A stretch of DNA of 32,000 nucleotides, taken from NCBI RefSeq assembly GCF_900187275.1, contig NZ_LT906458.1, positions 1,860,001 to 1,892,000 on the forward strand. Direction: 5' to 3'. Position numbers and translations under genes: made by a program. Positions 1 to 8,760 of the stretch are shown here, one piece after another; position 1 is the first letter of the stretch; every line of letters begins with the position of its first letter. The stretch comes from Pasteurella multocida. Lineage in GTDB: Bacteria > Pseudomonadota > Gammaproteobacteria > Enterobacterales > Pasteurellaceae. The notes beneath the pieces were generated by a model. That model searched no databases. It was not told where the DNA came from and saw nothing but the letters and a program-made list of their open reading frames with translations.

Positions 1-1004
1 AACTCGATATTCAAATTCACCGTTTCTTTGATGAACACCAAATTTATCGTATTGACCACTATCTTGGTAAAGAAACGGTTCAAAATCTGCTTGTGTTGCG
101 TTTTTCTAATGGATGGTTTGAACCACTCTGGAACCGTAATTTCATTGATTATATTGAAATCACGGGCGCAGAATCTATCGGTGTAGAAGAGCGTGGTGGT
201 TATTACGATGATTCTGGCGCAATGCGTGATATGTTCCAAAACCATTTGTTGCAAGTGTTAGCCATGGTTGCGATGGAGCCACCAGCAATTATTAATGCCG
301 ACTCAATGCGTGATGAAGTGGCAAAAGTCTTGTATTGTTTACATCCATTAAGTGAGGATGACTTAGAAAATCATTTAGTCTTAGGGCAATATACGGCAGG
401 CACAGTTGAAGGTGAAGCGGTTAAGGGCTACTTACAGGAAAAAGGTGTGCCGGCAGAGTCTAATACGGAAACTTACATGGCATTACGTTGTGAAATTGAC
501 AACTGGCGTTGGGCGGGTGTGCCATTTTATGTGCGTACTGGGAAACGGTTACCAAGTCGAGTGACCGAAATTGTGATTCATTTCAAAACCACACCACATC
601 CGGTATTTAGCCAAAAAGCACCAGAAAACAAATTAATTATCCGTATTCAACCCGATGAAGCGATTTCGATGCGTTTTGGTTTGAAAAAACCGGGAGCAGG
701 TTTTGAAGCAAAAGAAGTGTCGATGGATTTCCGTTATGCGGATCTTGCCTCACCAAGCTTACTGACCGCTTATGAGCGTTTATTATTGGATTCTATGAAA
801 GGCGATGCCACTTTGTTTGCGCGTACTGATGCGGTACATGCCTGTTGGCAGTTTGTGGAGCCGATTTTACAATATAAAGCACAAAATGGGCGTGTTTATG
901 AGTATGAAGCCGGTACTTGGGGACCGACAGAAGCCGACAAACTGATCGCGAAAACGGGTCGTGTTTGGCGTAAACCAAGTGGATTAATGAAAAAGAAAGT
1001 GTAA
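1..1004 (+). CDS. zwf: glucose-6-phosphate 1-dehydrogenase (5' end cut by window edge)
   Basis: Frame 3 is open from nt 3. Nt 48-74 translate to RIDHYLGKE, the G6PD signature. The GTG at 93 in the ORF track is not the real start. The rest reads as the Zwf C-terminal half, and pgl follows. Confidence 0.95.
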   Translation, partial: LDIQIHRFFDEHQIYRIDHYLGKETVQNLLVLRFSNGWFEPLWNRNFIDYIEITGAESIGVEERGGYYDDSGAMRDMFQNHLLQVLAMVAMEPPAIINADSMRDEVAKVLYCLHPLSEDDLENHLVLGQYTAGTVEGEAVKGYLQEKGVPAESNTETYMALRCEIDNWRWAGVPFYVRTGKRLPSRVTEIVIHFKTTPHPVFSQKAPENKLIIRIQPDEAISMRFGLKKPGAGFEAKEVSMDFRYADLASPSLLTAYERLLLDSMKGDATLFARTDAVHACWQFVEPILQYKAQNGRVYEYEAGTWGPTEADKLIAKTGRVWRKPSGLMKKKV

Positions 1005-1066
1005 TGTCCGCCTCTTTCGTAAGAAATGCGAGGGGCTAATGTGAGCAGATTGAGTAAGGAAAGATC

Positions 1067-1765
1067 ATGAATACAATCATTTTTGACAGTGCACAGCATG
1101 CCGTAGAGAAAATTGCACAAGAATTGTTAGCGTATAGCTTAGAAGGTCGCCCTGTGCATATTTCCTTATCCGGAGGCTCAACGCCGAAATTGTTATTTAA
1201 AACTTTAGCTCAAGCACCGTATAACACCGAGATTCAATGGAAAAATTTGCATTTTTGGTGGGGCGATGATCGTATGGTGCCACCAACCGATCCAGAAAGT
1301 AATTACGGCGAGGTGCAAAAATTGTTATTCGATCATATTCAGATCCCTGCAGAAAATATTCACCGCATTCGTGGTGAAGCCCCCGTTGAGAGTGAACTTC
1401 ACCGTTTTGAACAAGCGCTAAGTGCGGTCATTCCTGGGCAAGTTTTTGATTGGATTATTTTGGGCATGGGAACGGACGGGCACACGGCCTCATTATTCCC
1501 GCATCAAACCGATTTTGACGATCCTCATTTCGCCGTGATCGCGAAACACCCTGAAACAGGGCAAATTCGTATTTCAAAAACAGCGAAATTGATTGAACAA
1601 GCAAAGCGGGTGACCTATTTGGTGACAGGTAGCAGTAAAGCCGAGATCTTAAAAGAAATTCAAACTACTCCGGCAGAACAACTGCCTTATCCTGCTGCGA
1701 AAATCAAAGCGAAGCATGGGGTGACGGAATGGTATTTGGATAAGGATGCGGCAAAATTACTGTAA
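1067..1765 (+). CDS. pgl: 6-phosphogluconolactonase
   Basis: 232-aa ORF with an SD (AAGGAAAG) upstream. It has the DevB/Pgl-type motifs SLSGGSTP and LGMGTDGHTASLFP, and it sits directly after zwf. Confidence 0.9.
   Translation: MNTIIFDSAQHAVEKIAQELLAYSLEGRPVHISLSGGSTPKLLFKTLAQAPYNTEIQWKNLHFWWGDDRMVPPTDPESNYGEVQKLLFDHIQIPAENIHRIRGEAPVESELHRFEQALSAVIPGQVFDWIILGMGTDGHTASLFPHQTDFDDPHFAVIAKHPETGQIRISKTAKLIEQAKRVTYLVTGSSKAEILKEIQTTPAEQLPYPAAKIKAKHGVTEWYLDKDAAKLL
1430..1438 (+). repeat. uptake signal sequence core AAGTGCGGT (intragenic, in pgl)
   Basis: Exact 9-mer match read directly. Confidence 0.9.
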
Positions 1766-1771
1766 TGCGTC

Positions 1772-1868
1772 GTGAGATTTTTCAACATTTTTGCAAAGAG
1801 ACTTGAAACAAAATAGACCATAGCGTTCGTTTTCAACGAGTGCTGAAAATGAAGGCTCTCGTTGAAAA
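1772..1868 (+). repeat. unannotated intergenic element, copy A (short form)
   Basis: Shares four colinear motifs with 3086-3307 (see findings), including the exact 12-mer AAGGCTCTCGTT (1852-1863). It contains an 11-bp perfect inverted repeat, TTTTCAACGAG (1830-1840) / CTCGTTGAAAA (1858-1868). Confidence 0.6.
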
Positions 1869-1930
1869 TGGCGCCATTTAGTGGGTAAGCTTAAGGTTCG
1901 CTCAGACAGCGCTATCAAAAGGGTAAAAGA

Positions 1931-2539
1931 ATGTATCAACTCTATTTTAATCCACCAAAATCTTCATGGTCATTACGCGTTTGGGTGTTATTGAAAGAAC
2001 TGGCAATTCCTTTTGAGCCTAAAATTGTACGTTATTTGGATGATTTAAGTGAACAACGCCAACAATTTAAGGCGTTTTCGCCGACTTCAAAAATCCCAGT
2101 ATTGCATGCTGATGGTGTTGTCATTTGGGACAGTTTAGCGATTATCGAGTTTTTGGCAGAAAGTTATCCGCACGTGTGGGCGCAAGATAAGGCGACAAGA
2201 GCGTGGTCACGTTCTGCTTGTGCTGAAATGCACTCTGGCTTTGAAAATTTGCGTGAAATGTGTGATTTCGCCCCTTTAGCTCGCAAACCGTTACAAGAAA
2301 TGCCCGCTGTGTTAAGCCAAGAGCTAACAAGGCTTAATCAATTATTAGAAGAAGGGTTAACCGCGTTTGGTGGTACGTTTTTAGCGGGCGATCGTTTTAC
2401 CGCAGTAGATGCCTTTTTTCTGCCCGTTATGGCAAGAATTGAAACCTATGCGTTGCATCAGTATTTTGGCCCACAAGTGCTTGAATATCAGAAGATGTTA
2501 GTAAATTCAGCGAGTTTCCAAACTTGGCTTACGTTATAA
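1931..2539 (+). CDS. glutathione S-transferase family protein
   Basis: 202-aa ORF. The N-terminal thioredoxin-like GST region (SPTSKIPVL..DGVVIWDSLAIIEFLAE) and an alpha-helical C-terminal half are typical of bacterial GSTs. Confidence 0.8.
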   Translation: MYQLYFNPPKSSWSLRVWVLLKELAIPFEPKIVRYLDDLSEQRQQFKAFSPTSKIPVLHADGVVIWDSLAIIEFLAESYPHVWAQDKATRAWSRSACAEMHSGFENLREMCDFAPLARKPLQEMPAVLSQELTRLNQLLEEGLTAFGGTFLAGDRFTAVDAFFLPVMARIETYALHQYFGPQVLEYQKMLVNSASFQTWLTL

Positions 2540-2585
2540 AAGTGCGGTGGTTTTACAAGACTTTTTCAAAAACCACCGCACTTTT
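2538..2585 (+). terminator. rho-independent terminator built from an inverted USS pair
   Basis: AAAAGTGCGGTGGTTTT (2538-2554) pairs with AAAACCACCGCACTTTT (2569-2585), giving a 17-bp stem. USS cores lie at 2540-2548 (+) and 2575-2583 (-). The element overlaps the GST stop codon. Confidence 0.85.
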
Positions 2586-2722
2586 AAGATTACAGATTGT
2601 CATCTAAAACATTATTGAGTGCGAGCATTCTTACTTGCTGGTAATCTAGATGATAAAGTTGGGGGCTGAGACGAGCATAAACAGGTAGTTTAAGGTTAAA
2701 ATGATAAAAAAGATGAGTTTAA

Positions 2723-3061
2723 ATGATTGATTTGAATAATAAAAAATTCATTGCTTTACAAAACAGTGAGAATGGTGAAGTCAGTCAACAAACCTGTTTC
2801 CACTATTTTCAGCAAGGTAAAATGATTTGGGCAGAATATGGGGGCGGTGAAATTGCGAAAGGCTTTTTGATTGGCAAATGGATAAATGAAACCCACATTG
2901 AATTTACCTATCAACATCTAAATAAGAAACTGGAAAATCGTTTGGGGCGTTGTGTAACCTTATTTCAATATACCGAACAAAGTAAATTGCTCGGTATAGA
3001 ACGTTGGCAATGGCTTGATACTTTAGAGAAAGGTGAATCTCAGATTATTGAGATTGAATAG
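2723..3061 (+). CDS. hypothetical protein (112 aa)
   Basis: Clean ORF of ordinary composition. I recognise no catalytic motif. Function unknown. Confidence 0.6.
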   Translation: MIDLNNKKFIALQNSENGEVSQQTCFHYFQQGKMIWAEYGGGEIAKGFLIGKWINETHIEFTYQHLNKKLENRLGRCVTLFQYTEQSKLLGIERWQWLDTLEKGESQIIEIE

Positions 3062-3085
3062 GCTATGATAAATAAATAACAAGTG

Positions 3086-3307
3086 GTGAGATTCTCAACG
3101 TTTTTACAAAAATAGCGCTTTTAAAGGGGAAAATGGTGTAAAAGAGTGAGTTTTGAACAAAGATTTGGCAAAAAGCCTTGATATTGAAATTGTGCAAAAT
3201 CTCTTGAAGATTCTCCTTTATAACCGAAAAATAAAAATCACCATAGAGCGGGTATTCTTGTCCACCGATGAGAGTTAGATTTTAAGGCTCTCGTTTAAGA
3301 CGAGAGC
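3086..3307 (+). repeat. unannotated intergenic element, copy B (long form)
   Basis: Colinear with copy A. The paired motifs (A/B) are at 1772-1800/3086-3114, 1793-1807/3194-3208, 1809-1825/3234-3250 and 1852-1863/3284-3295. It ends in an 8-bp hairpin, GCTCTCGT (3287-3294) / ACGAGAGC (3300-3307), 17 nt before the GNAT ATG. Confidence 0.6.
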
Positions 3308-3324
3308 AGTCCAGTGGTAATTAA

Positions 3325-3717
3325 ATGATTACATATAAAACGAACGTACTCATTTCAGTACAGCAATATACCGATTTATTGAAACAAACGAGCTTAGGTG
3401 AAAGACGACCTATTGATAAGCCTGAGCAAATTGAAATGATGCTAAAACAAACCGACGTTTTAGTGACAGCGTGGTATCAGGATACTTTAGTTGGACTTGC
3501 TCGCTCGGTGACAGATTTTGCTTACTGTTGCTATTTGAGCGACTTAGCCGTTAGTGAGCAGTGGCAAAAACAAGGGATCGGGAGACAACTCATTTTTGAG
3601 ACCCAAAAAGCGCTTGAGCCCACTTGTAAAATTATTTTACTGGCTGCGCCACAAGCCGTGGATTATTACCCACATATTGGCTTTGTACAGCATCCAAGTG
3701 CTTGGACGAAAATATAG
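3325..3717 (+). CDS. GNAT family N-acetyltransferase
   Basis: 130-aa ORF with the acetyl-CoA-binding motif A, QWQKQGIGRQLI (Q/RxxGxG). Confidence 0.8.
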   Translation: MITYKTNVLISVQQYTDLLKQTSLGERRPIDKPEQIEMMLKQTDVLVTAWYQDTLVGLARSVTDFAYCCYLSDLAVSEQWQKQGIGRQLIFETQKALEPTCKIILLAAPQAVDYYPHIGFVQHPSAWTKI

Positions 3718-3733
3718 TCATATACAAACATTA

Positions 3734-3774
3734 GCGGTCTGCGTAATAAAATGTTTTAAAATCAGACCGCACTT
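3734..3774. terminator. hairpin containing a USS core (possible GNAT terminator)
   Basis: GCGGTCTG (3734-3741) pairs with CAGACCGC (3763-3770). A USS core ACCGCACTT lies at 3766-3774 (-). The loop is long (21 nt) and no clear T-run follows, so terminator function is uncertain. Confidence 0.4.
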
Positions 3775-3804
3775 TAATTATTCTTATGGTTACAGGAGAA
3801 CAAC

Positions 3805-5259
3805 ATGTCAGTAAAAGGTGACATCGGCGTTATCGGCTTAGCGGTAATGGGTCAAAACTTAATTTTAAATATGAATGATCACGGCTTTAAAGTAGTGGCA
3901 TTTAACCGTACGACTTCGAAAGTCGATGAGTTTTTGCAAGGTGCGGCAAAAGGCACGAATATTATTGGTGCGTATTCGTTGGAAGATCTTGCCAATAAAT
4001 TGGAAAAACCGCGTAAAGTGATGTTGATGGTGCGTGCCGGTGAAGTTGTGGATCAATTCATTGAGGCATTATTACCTCACTTAGAAGAAGGCGACATCAT
4101 TATTGATGGTGGTAACACGAATTACCCAGATACAAACCGCCGTGTCGCGTATTTACGTGAAAAAGGGATCCGTTTTATTGGAACGGGCGTATCTGGTGGT
4201 GAAGAAGGGGCACGTTTCGGACCTTCGATTATGCCGGGCGGTGATGAATCTGCATGGGAACACGTGAAACCAATTTTACAAGCGATTTCAGCCAAAACAG
4301 ATAAAGGCGAAGCTTGCTGTGATTGGGTTGGTCGTGATGGTGCTGGGCATTTCGTCAAAATGGTGCATAACGGGATTGAATACGGCGATATGCAATTAAT
4401 TTGCGAAGCGTATCAATTCTTAAAAGAAGGCGTAGGCTTATCTGATGACGAATTAGAAACAACTTTCAAAGCGTGGCGTAACACCGAATTAGATAGCTAT
4501 TTAATTGATATCACGGCGGATATTCTTGGCTATAAAGATGAAGATGGCAGCCGTTTAGTCGACAAAATTTTGGATACCGCAGGTCAAAAAGGAACCGGTA
4601 AATGGACGGGGATTAATGCCCTTGATTTCGGCATTCCATTGACTTTAATCACGGAATCTGTCTTTGCCCGTTGCGTCTCGTCTTTCAAAGAACAGCGTGT
4701 GCAAGCCTCTCGCCTATTCAATAAAGTGGTCGGCAAAGTAGAAGGCGACAAAGCAGCTTGGGTTGAAGCGGTGCGTAAAGCCTTATTAGCGTCAAAGATT
4801 ATTTCTTATGCTCAAGGTTTTATGCTGATTCGTGAAGCGTCAGAAAACTTTGGCTGGCACATTAACTACGGCGGTACAGCATTATTATGGCGTGAAGGTT
4901 GTATTATTCGTAGCCGTTTCTTAGGTAATATCCGGGATGCTTATGAAGCCAATCCGGATCTGATTTTCTTAGGTTCAGATGCCTACTTCAAAGGTATCTT
5001 AGAAAATAGCTTAGGCGAATGGCGTAAAGTGGTGGCGAAGTCGATCGAAGTGGGTATTCCAATGCCTTGTATGGCGTCTGCGATCACTTTCTTAGATAGC
5101 TATACGAGTGAACGTTTACCAGCGAACTTACTACAAGCACAACGTGACTATTTCGGTGCACATACTTATGAACGTACGGATAAACCACGTGGTGAGTTCT
5201 TCCATACTAATTGGACAGGTCGTGGTGGTGATGCCGCATCGACCACTTATGATGTGTAA
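3805..5259 (+). CDS. gnd: 6-phosphogluconate dehydrogenase, decarboxylating
   Basis: 484-aa ORF with SD AGGAG upstream. It has the N-terminal GxAxxG NADP fold (IGVIGLAVMGQNL) and conserved Gnd blocks (GAGHFVKMVHNGIEYGDMQLI, RDYFGAHTYER). Confidence 0.95.
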   Translation: MSVKGDIGVIGLAVMGQNLILNMNDHGFKVVAFNRTTSKVDEFLQGAAKGTNIIGAYSLEDLANKLEKPRKVMLMVRAGEVVDQFIEALLPHLEEGDIIIDGGNTNYPDTNRRVAYLREKGIRFIGTGVSGGEEGARFGPSIMPGGDESAWEHVKPILQAISAKTDKGEACCDWVGRDGAGHFVKMVHNGIEYGDMQLICEAYQFLKEGVGLSDDELETTFKAWRNTELDSYLIDITADILGYKDEDGSRLVDKILDTAGQKGTGKWTGINALDFGIPLTLITESVFARCVSSFKEQRVQASRLFNKVVGKVEGDKAAWVEAVRKALLASKIISYAQGFMLIREASENFGWHINYGGTALLWREGCIIRSRFLGNIRDAYEANPDLIFLGSDAYFKGILENSLGEWRKVVAKSIEVGIPMPCMASAITFLDSYTSERLPANLLQAQRDYFGAHTYERTDKPRGEFFHTNWTGRGGDAASTTYDV

Positions 5260-5278
5260 GTAAATTTACTGATATCAT

Positions 5279-5320
5279 ACCGCACTTTTATGCTGAATCT
5301 TAAAAGTGCGGTGCTTTTTA
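5279..5320 (+). terminator. rho-independent terminator built from an inverted USS pair
   Basis: ACCGCACTTTTA (5279-5290) pairs with TAAAAGTGCGGT (5301-5312), followed by GCTTTTT. USS cores lie at 5279-5287 (-) and 5304-5312 (+). Confidence 0.85.
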
Positions 5321-5465
5321 AAAAAGTTTCATACTGTGAATCAGATGAACAAGTTGAGCAGGAAAGTTCAGGGCGAACAGAGCAAACGATAAAGTCCCAC
5401 TCATCTTCTTTCACGCCACAATACTTTCCTGAAGCTGTATTTTCATTCAATTTAGAAGGAAGAGT

Positions 5466-6278
5466 ATGCGCATTCCTAATTATCGTGACCAAATTAAAAT
5501 TGTCTTTTTTGATATTGATGAAACATTACTCGTTAAAGACGAAGACTATATTCCTGCGACGGTGGTCCCCGCTATTCGAAAATTAAAAGAAAATGGCATT
5601 GTACCTGCTATCGCAACGGGGCGTACCTTGTCTAACTTTCCGCCTAAGATTAAAGGATTGATTGAGCAAACGGACATGAATTTGTTTGTAACAATGAATG
5701 GTCAATATGTGAGTTATCAGAATGAGCCAATCAGGAAGCATCCTTTATCTAAAGCAAAAATCCAAGAGTTCGTTGATTTTTGTGATCAACATCAGATTGT
5801 TTATGCGCAAGTGTCACCGACAGATACCGCAGTTTCAGCGATAACCGATCAAGTTCGTGATGCATTGGATCCGCTAAAAGGGCATTATCATGTAGATAAA
5901 GACTATTTTAAACATCATGATGTTTTTCAGATACTGGCTTTTTATGATGCTACGCAAGATCAATTTGTCCAAGATTCTGGTGTACTGAAAGGATTACAAT
6001 CGGTACGCTGGCATAAATACTCGGTTGATTTATTTGATGAAAAAATCTCAAAAGCTACGGGTATCGCTTGTGCAATTCAACATTTTGGCTTTGCAATGGA
6101 AAATGTGATGGCATTTGGTGATGGCTTGAATGATATTGAAATGTTAAGCACGGCAGGAGTGGGTGTTGCAATGGGGAATGCACATCATCAGCTAAAAACA
6201 GTAGCCGATCATGTCACCTTACCGATCAAAGAACATGGCATTGAGTATTTCTTAAAACAAGCTAAATTGATTGACTAA
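5466..6278 (+). CDS. Cof-type HAD-IIB family hydrolase (sugar-phosphate phosphatase-like)
   Basis: 270-aa ORF with SD GAAGGAAG. It has HAD motif I FFDIDETLL (DxDxT) and a C-terminal GDGLNDIEML motif. Confidence 0.85.
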   Translation: MRIPNYRDQIKIVFFDIDETLLVKDEDYIPATVVPAIRKLKENGIVPAIATGRTLSNFPPKIKGLIEQTDMNLFVTMNGQYVSYQNEPIRKHPLSKAKIQEFVDFCDQHQIVYAQVSPTDTAVSAITDQVRDALDPLKGHYHVDKDYFKHHDVFQILAFYDATQDQFVQDSGVLKGLQSVRWHKYSVDLFDEKISKATGIACAIQHFGFAMENVMAFGDGLNDIEMLSTAGVGVAMGNAHHQLKTVADHVTLPIKEHGIEYFLKQAKLID

Positions 6279-6289
6279 ATTTATTTTAC

Positions 6290-6311
6290 TTTTGCGATGC
6301 GTGTCGCAAAA
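6290..6311. promoter_or_regulatory. CRP-S / competence regulatory element (Sxy-dependent CRP site)
   Basis: TTTTGCGA-TGCGTG-TCGCAAAA is a perfect 8+8 dyad with the TGCGA-N6-TCGCA core. It starts 12 nt after the HAD stop, and its centre is about 85 nt upstream of the comF ATG. Confidence 0.8.
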
Positions 6312-6385
6312 GTAACTTATTCTTTTGCCCTTTTAATATCCTGTGCTTTAGTCTGTAGTCATTTTATGTCAAGCAAAGGATACCT

Positions 6386-7072
6386 ATGCGGGGATTTGGT
6401 TTTTGTTGTGTTCACTGCCAGCAACCGTTAGCCATTGCACATCATGGATTATGTAGTCGCTGTAATCAGCAAATCAGACGTTTTGCTTATTGTGGCCATT
6501 GTGGTAAGGAATTAACACGAGATGCACTACGTTGTGGGCATTGTTTACAACATAAAGCCAGTTGGGATCGCATGGTGATCGTTGGTCACTATGTCGATCC
6601 CTTATCTTGTTTAATTCACCGTTTTAAATTCCAACATGCCTTCTTTTTAGACCGTACTTTAGCACGCCTGCTGTTATTAGCGCTCTACCATGCAAGACGT
6701 ACTCATGGACTTATTTGGCCAGAAATACTTTTGCCGGTGCCTTTACATCGTTTACGCCATTGGCAACGTGGTTACAATCAATCTGCGTTGATTGCAAACT
6801 ATCTTGCGCATTGGCTAAAGATACCCTGCGATCATGATTTTCTACAGCGTATTAAACATACTCATACGCAACGTGGTTTAAGTGCAACGGAACGAAGAAA
6901 AAATTTACGCCACGCATTTCGTCTTCATCCAAAAAGCCAAACGCATCGCTATCAATCTGTTGCATTAATTGATGATGTAATTACAACAGGTGCAACGTTG
7001 AATGAGTTGGCACTCTTATTAAGAAAAGCAGGTGTTGAGCATATTCAAGTTTGGGGATTAGCAAAAACGTAA
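6386..7072 (+). CDS. comF: ComF family competence protein (phosphoribosyltransferase-domain; GntX homologue)
   Basis: 228-aa ORF. It has N-terminal Cys-rich zinc-finger-like pairs (CVHC..CSRC..CGHC..CGHC) and the C-terminal PRTase motif ALIDDVITTGATL. It is followed by nfuA, as in the H. influenzae com cluster. Confidence 0.9.
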   Translation: MRGFGFCCVHCQQPLAIAHHGLCSRCNQQIRRFAYCGHCGKELTRDALRCGHCLQHKASWDRMVIVGHYVDPLSCLIHRFKFQHAFFLDRTLARLLLLALYHARRTHGLIWPEILLPVPLHRLRHWQRGYNQSALIANYLAHWLKIPCDHDFLQRIKHTHTQRGLSATERRKNLRHAFRLHPKSQTHRYQSVALIDDVITTGATLNELALLLRKAGVEHIQVWGLAKT

Positions 7073-7169
7073 GGAAAGATTTATTACTGTAAAAGGTAGA
7101 AAAAAAAACGAACTCGGAGTATCATTCTTGACAATCTTACTCAAGTATTCACATTCTTTAGGATAGTTT

Positions 7170-7754
7170 ATGCAAAAAATTATGATTTCCGATGCGGCTC
7201 AAGCGCATTTTCGCCGTTTGCTTGATCAGCAAGAAGAAGGAACTCACATTCGCATTTTTGTGGTTAACCCAGGCACCCCCAATGCTGAATGTGGTGTGTC
7301 TTATTGCCCGCCCAATGCAGTAGAAGCGACGGATACGGAAATGCAATATGCTTCATTTTCAGCTTTTGTGGATGAAATCAGCTTACCTTTTTTAGATGAG
7401 GCAGAAATTGACTATGTCACTGAAGAATTAGGCGCACAGTTAACATTAAAAGCTCCGAATGCCAAAATGCGTAAAGTGGCTGATGATGCCCCTTTACTTG
7501 AACGAGTTGAATATGTGATTCAGACACAAATTAATCCGCAACTTGCAGGACACGGCGGACGTATTACATTAATTGAAATCACTGAAGATGGCTATGCCAT
7601 TTTACAATTTGGTGGTGGCTGTAATGGTTGTTCTATGGTGGATGTGACATTAAAAGATGGCATTGAAAAGCAATTACTCAGTTTATTCCCGGGAGAGTTG
7701 CAAGGTGCGAAAGATGTTACAGAGCATCAACGTGGTGAACATTCTTACTACTGA
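7170..7754 (+). CDS. nfuA: Fe/S cluster biogenesis protein NfuA
   Basis: 194-aa ORF. The sequence [13 protein letters not shown]...[23 protein letters not shown] and the C-terminal Nfu motif GGGCNGCSM closely resemble E. coli NfuA. Confidence 0.95.
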   Translation: MQKIMISDAAQAHFRRLLDQQEEGTHIRIFVVNPGTPNAECGVSYCPPNAVEATDTEMQYASFSAFVDEISLPFLDEAEIDYVTEELGAQLTLKAPNAKMRKVADDAPLLERVEYVIQTQINPQLAGHGGRITLIEITEDGYAILQFGGGCNGCSMVDVTLKDGIEKQLLSLFPGELQGAKDVTEHQRGEHSYY

Positions 7755-7777
7755 TCCTGACTGATATTCTTTGAAGT

Positions 7778-7805
7778 AAGGCTGGTTTCTTATCAAACCA
7801 GCCTT
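7778..7805. terminator. bidirectional terminator between convergent nfuA and tfoX
   Basis: AAGGCTGGTTT (7778-7788) pairs with AAACCAGCCTT (7795-7805): an 11-bp perfect stem with a 6-nt loop and T-rich flanks on both strands. Confidence 0.85.
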
Positions 7806-7811
7806 CTTTAT

Positions 7812-8453
7812 TTAGATTTGTTTAATTTTGCGTAATCCTGCTTCATCTAAAGCAAGATTAAGATGCACTAAAAGCTGTTGTTTTTCTGCCACAGTGATTA
7901 AATTGACATTTTTATTTTCTAGTGCAGCATGAAATGCCCAGAAGATGCCAATATCGGCAGTAATCCCTTTCTTTTTTAAACGGATGTAAGCATTCTTTGC
8001 ACCTAATGCCTGGAAAGTGGCAACATCATAAATTTCCACTTTTTCTAATAATCGTTCATGTTTAATCGATAAGTTAGGCAACTCTTTAATGCGATTTTTC
8101 TTTGCCAGTGCTTCAGCCCGTTTTTGATCTTTTATTTGCCGGAGAGATTGCTCTAGGATTTGTTTGTAAAGGGATTTATCTGAGGTAATTTTACGAGGAA
8201 GGCGATAATAACTGGATATGTTTAATTTAGAAGGCGCTTGTTTTGCTAAATAACTTGCTGCCCCCTGTGATTCTAAAAATAAGGCTAGGTCTCCTTCCGC
8301 CTTCAGGTAGAACACATTATTTTGATACAAACCGAACATTATTTTTTCATGAAATAATCCGTAGCTTGCAAATAAACCTTTTGCTGTTACTTCTCCAATC
8401 AGTTCACTCAATATTTTTCGGATCTCTAATGTTTCTTTTTCTGTTTTCGTCAT
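7812..8453 (-). CDS. tfoX: competence regulator TfoX/Sxy
   Basis: 213-aa ORF. The N-terminal TfoX_N-like block (AKGLFASYGLFHEKIMFGLYQNNVFYLKAEGD) and a C-terminal helix-hairpin-helix-like TfoX_C block (ELPNLSIKHERLLEKVEIYDVATFQALGAKNAYIRLKK) are present. Confidence 0.9.
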   Translation of the reverse strand: MTKTEKETLEIRKILSELIGEVTAKGLFASYGLFHEKIMFGLYQNNVFYLKAEGDLALFLESQGAASYLAKQAPSKLNISSYYRLPRKITSDKSLYKQILEQSLRQIKDQKRAEALAKKNRIKELPNLSIKHERLLEKVEIYDVATFQALGAKNAYIRLKKKGITADIGIFWAFHAALENKNVNLITVAEKQQLLVHLNLALDEAGLRKIKQI

Positions 8454-8760
8454 AGTAACTCATCCTATAGTTATATTGCTGACAATAATGTATCTCATGC
8501 TCATAACCTTGAGCGATGAACGTTATAACATATCTTTGTTTTATTGAGCAAAAAATATGATTAGGCATAAATAACATGATGTTTTTGTGGTCAATTGAGT
8601 AATGCCTGCACATAAAGAAATGAGATGACAATGTATTATTTGATGAAACAAGGTGATGGAATAAATTGAGGTAAAGTATATTACTACTTACGTTTTGACA
8701 CATAACATGTATAAACAGTGAACAAATCATGGCATATTTGCTTTTTTTGATTAAAAAAAT
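8454..8760 (-). promoter_or_regulatory. tfoX promoter and long AT-rich 5' leader region (boundaries not resolved)
   Basis: SD GGATGAG lies 7 nt upstream of the ATG. More than 300 bp of ORF-free AT-rich sequence separates tfoX from rrn P1. One possible sigma70 pair on the minus strand is TTGCTC-17-TTATAA. I found no convincing canonical CRP site. Confidence 0.35.

Noticed and set aside
3554-5586. ORFs 3554-3814 (overlapping the GNAT 3' end and the gnd SD), 5290-5586 and 5247-5492 (spanning the gnd terminator and the HAD start).
   Set aside because: They cross terminator hairpins and overlap better-supported genes in other frames. They have no SD and no recognisable motifs.
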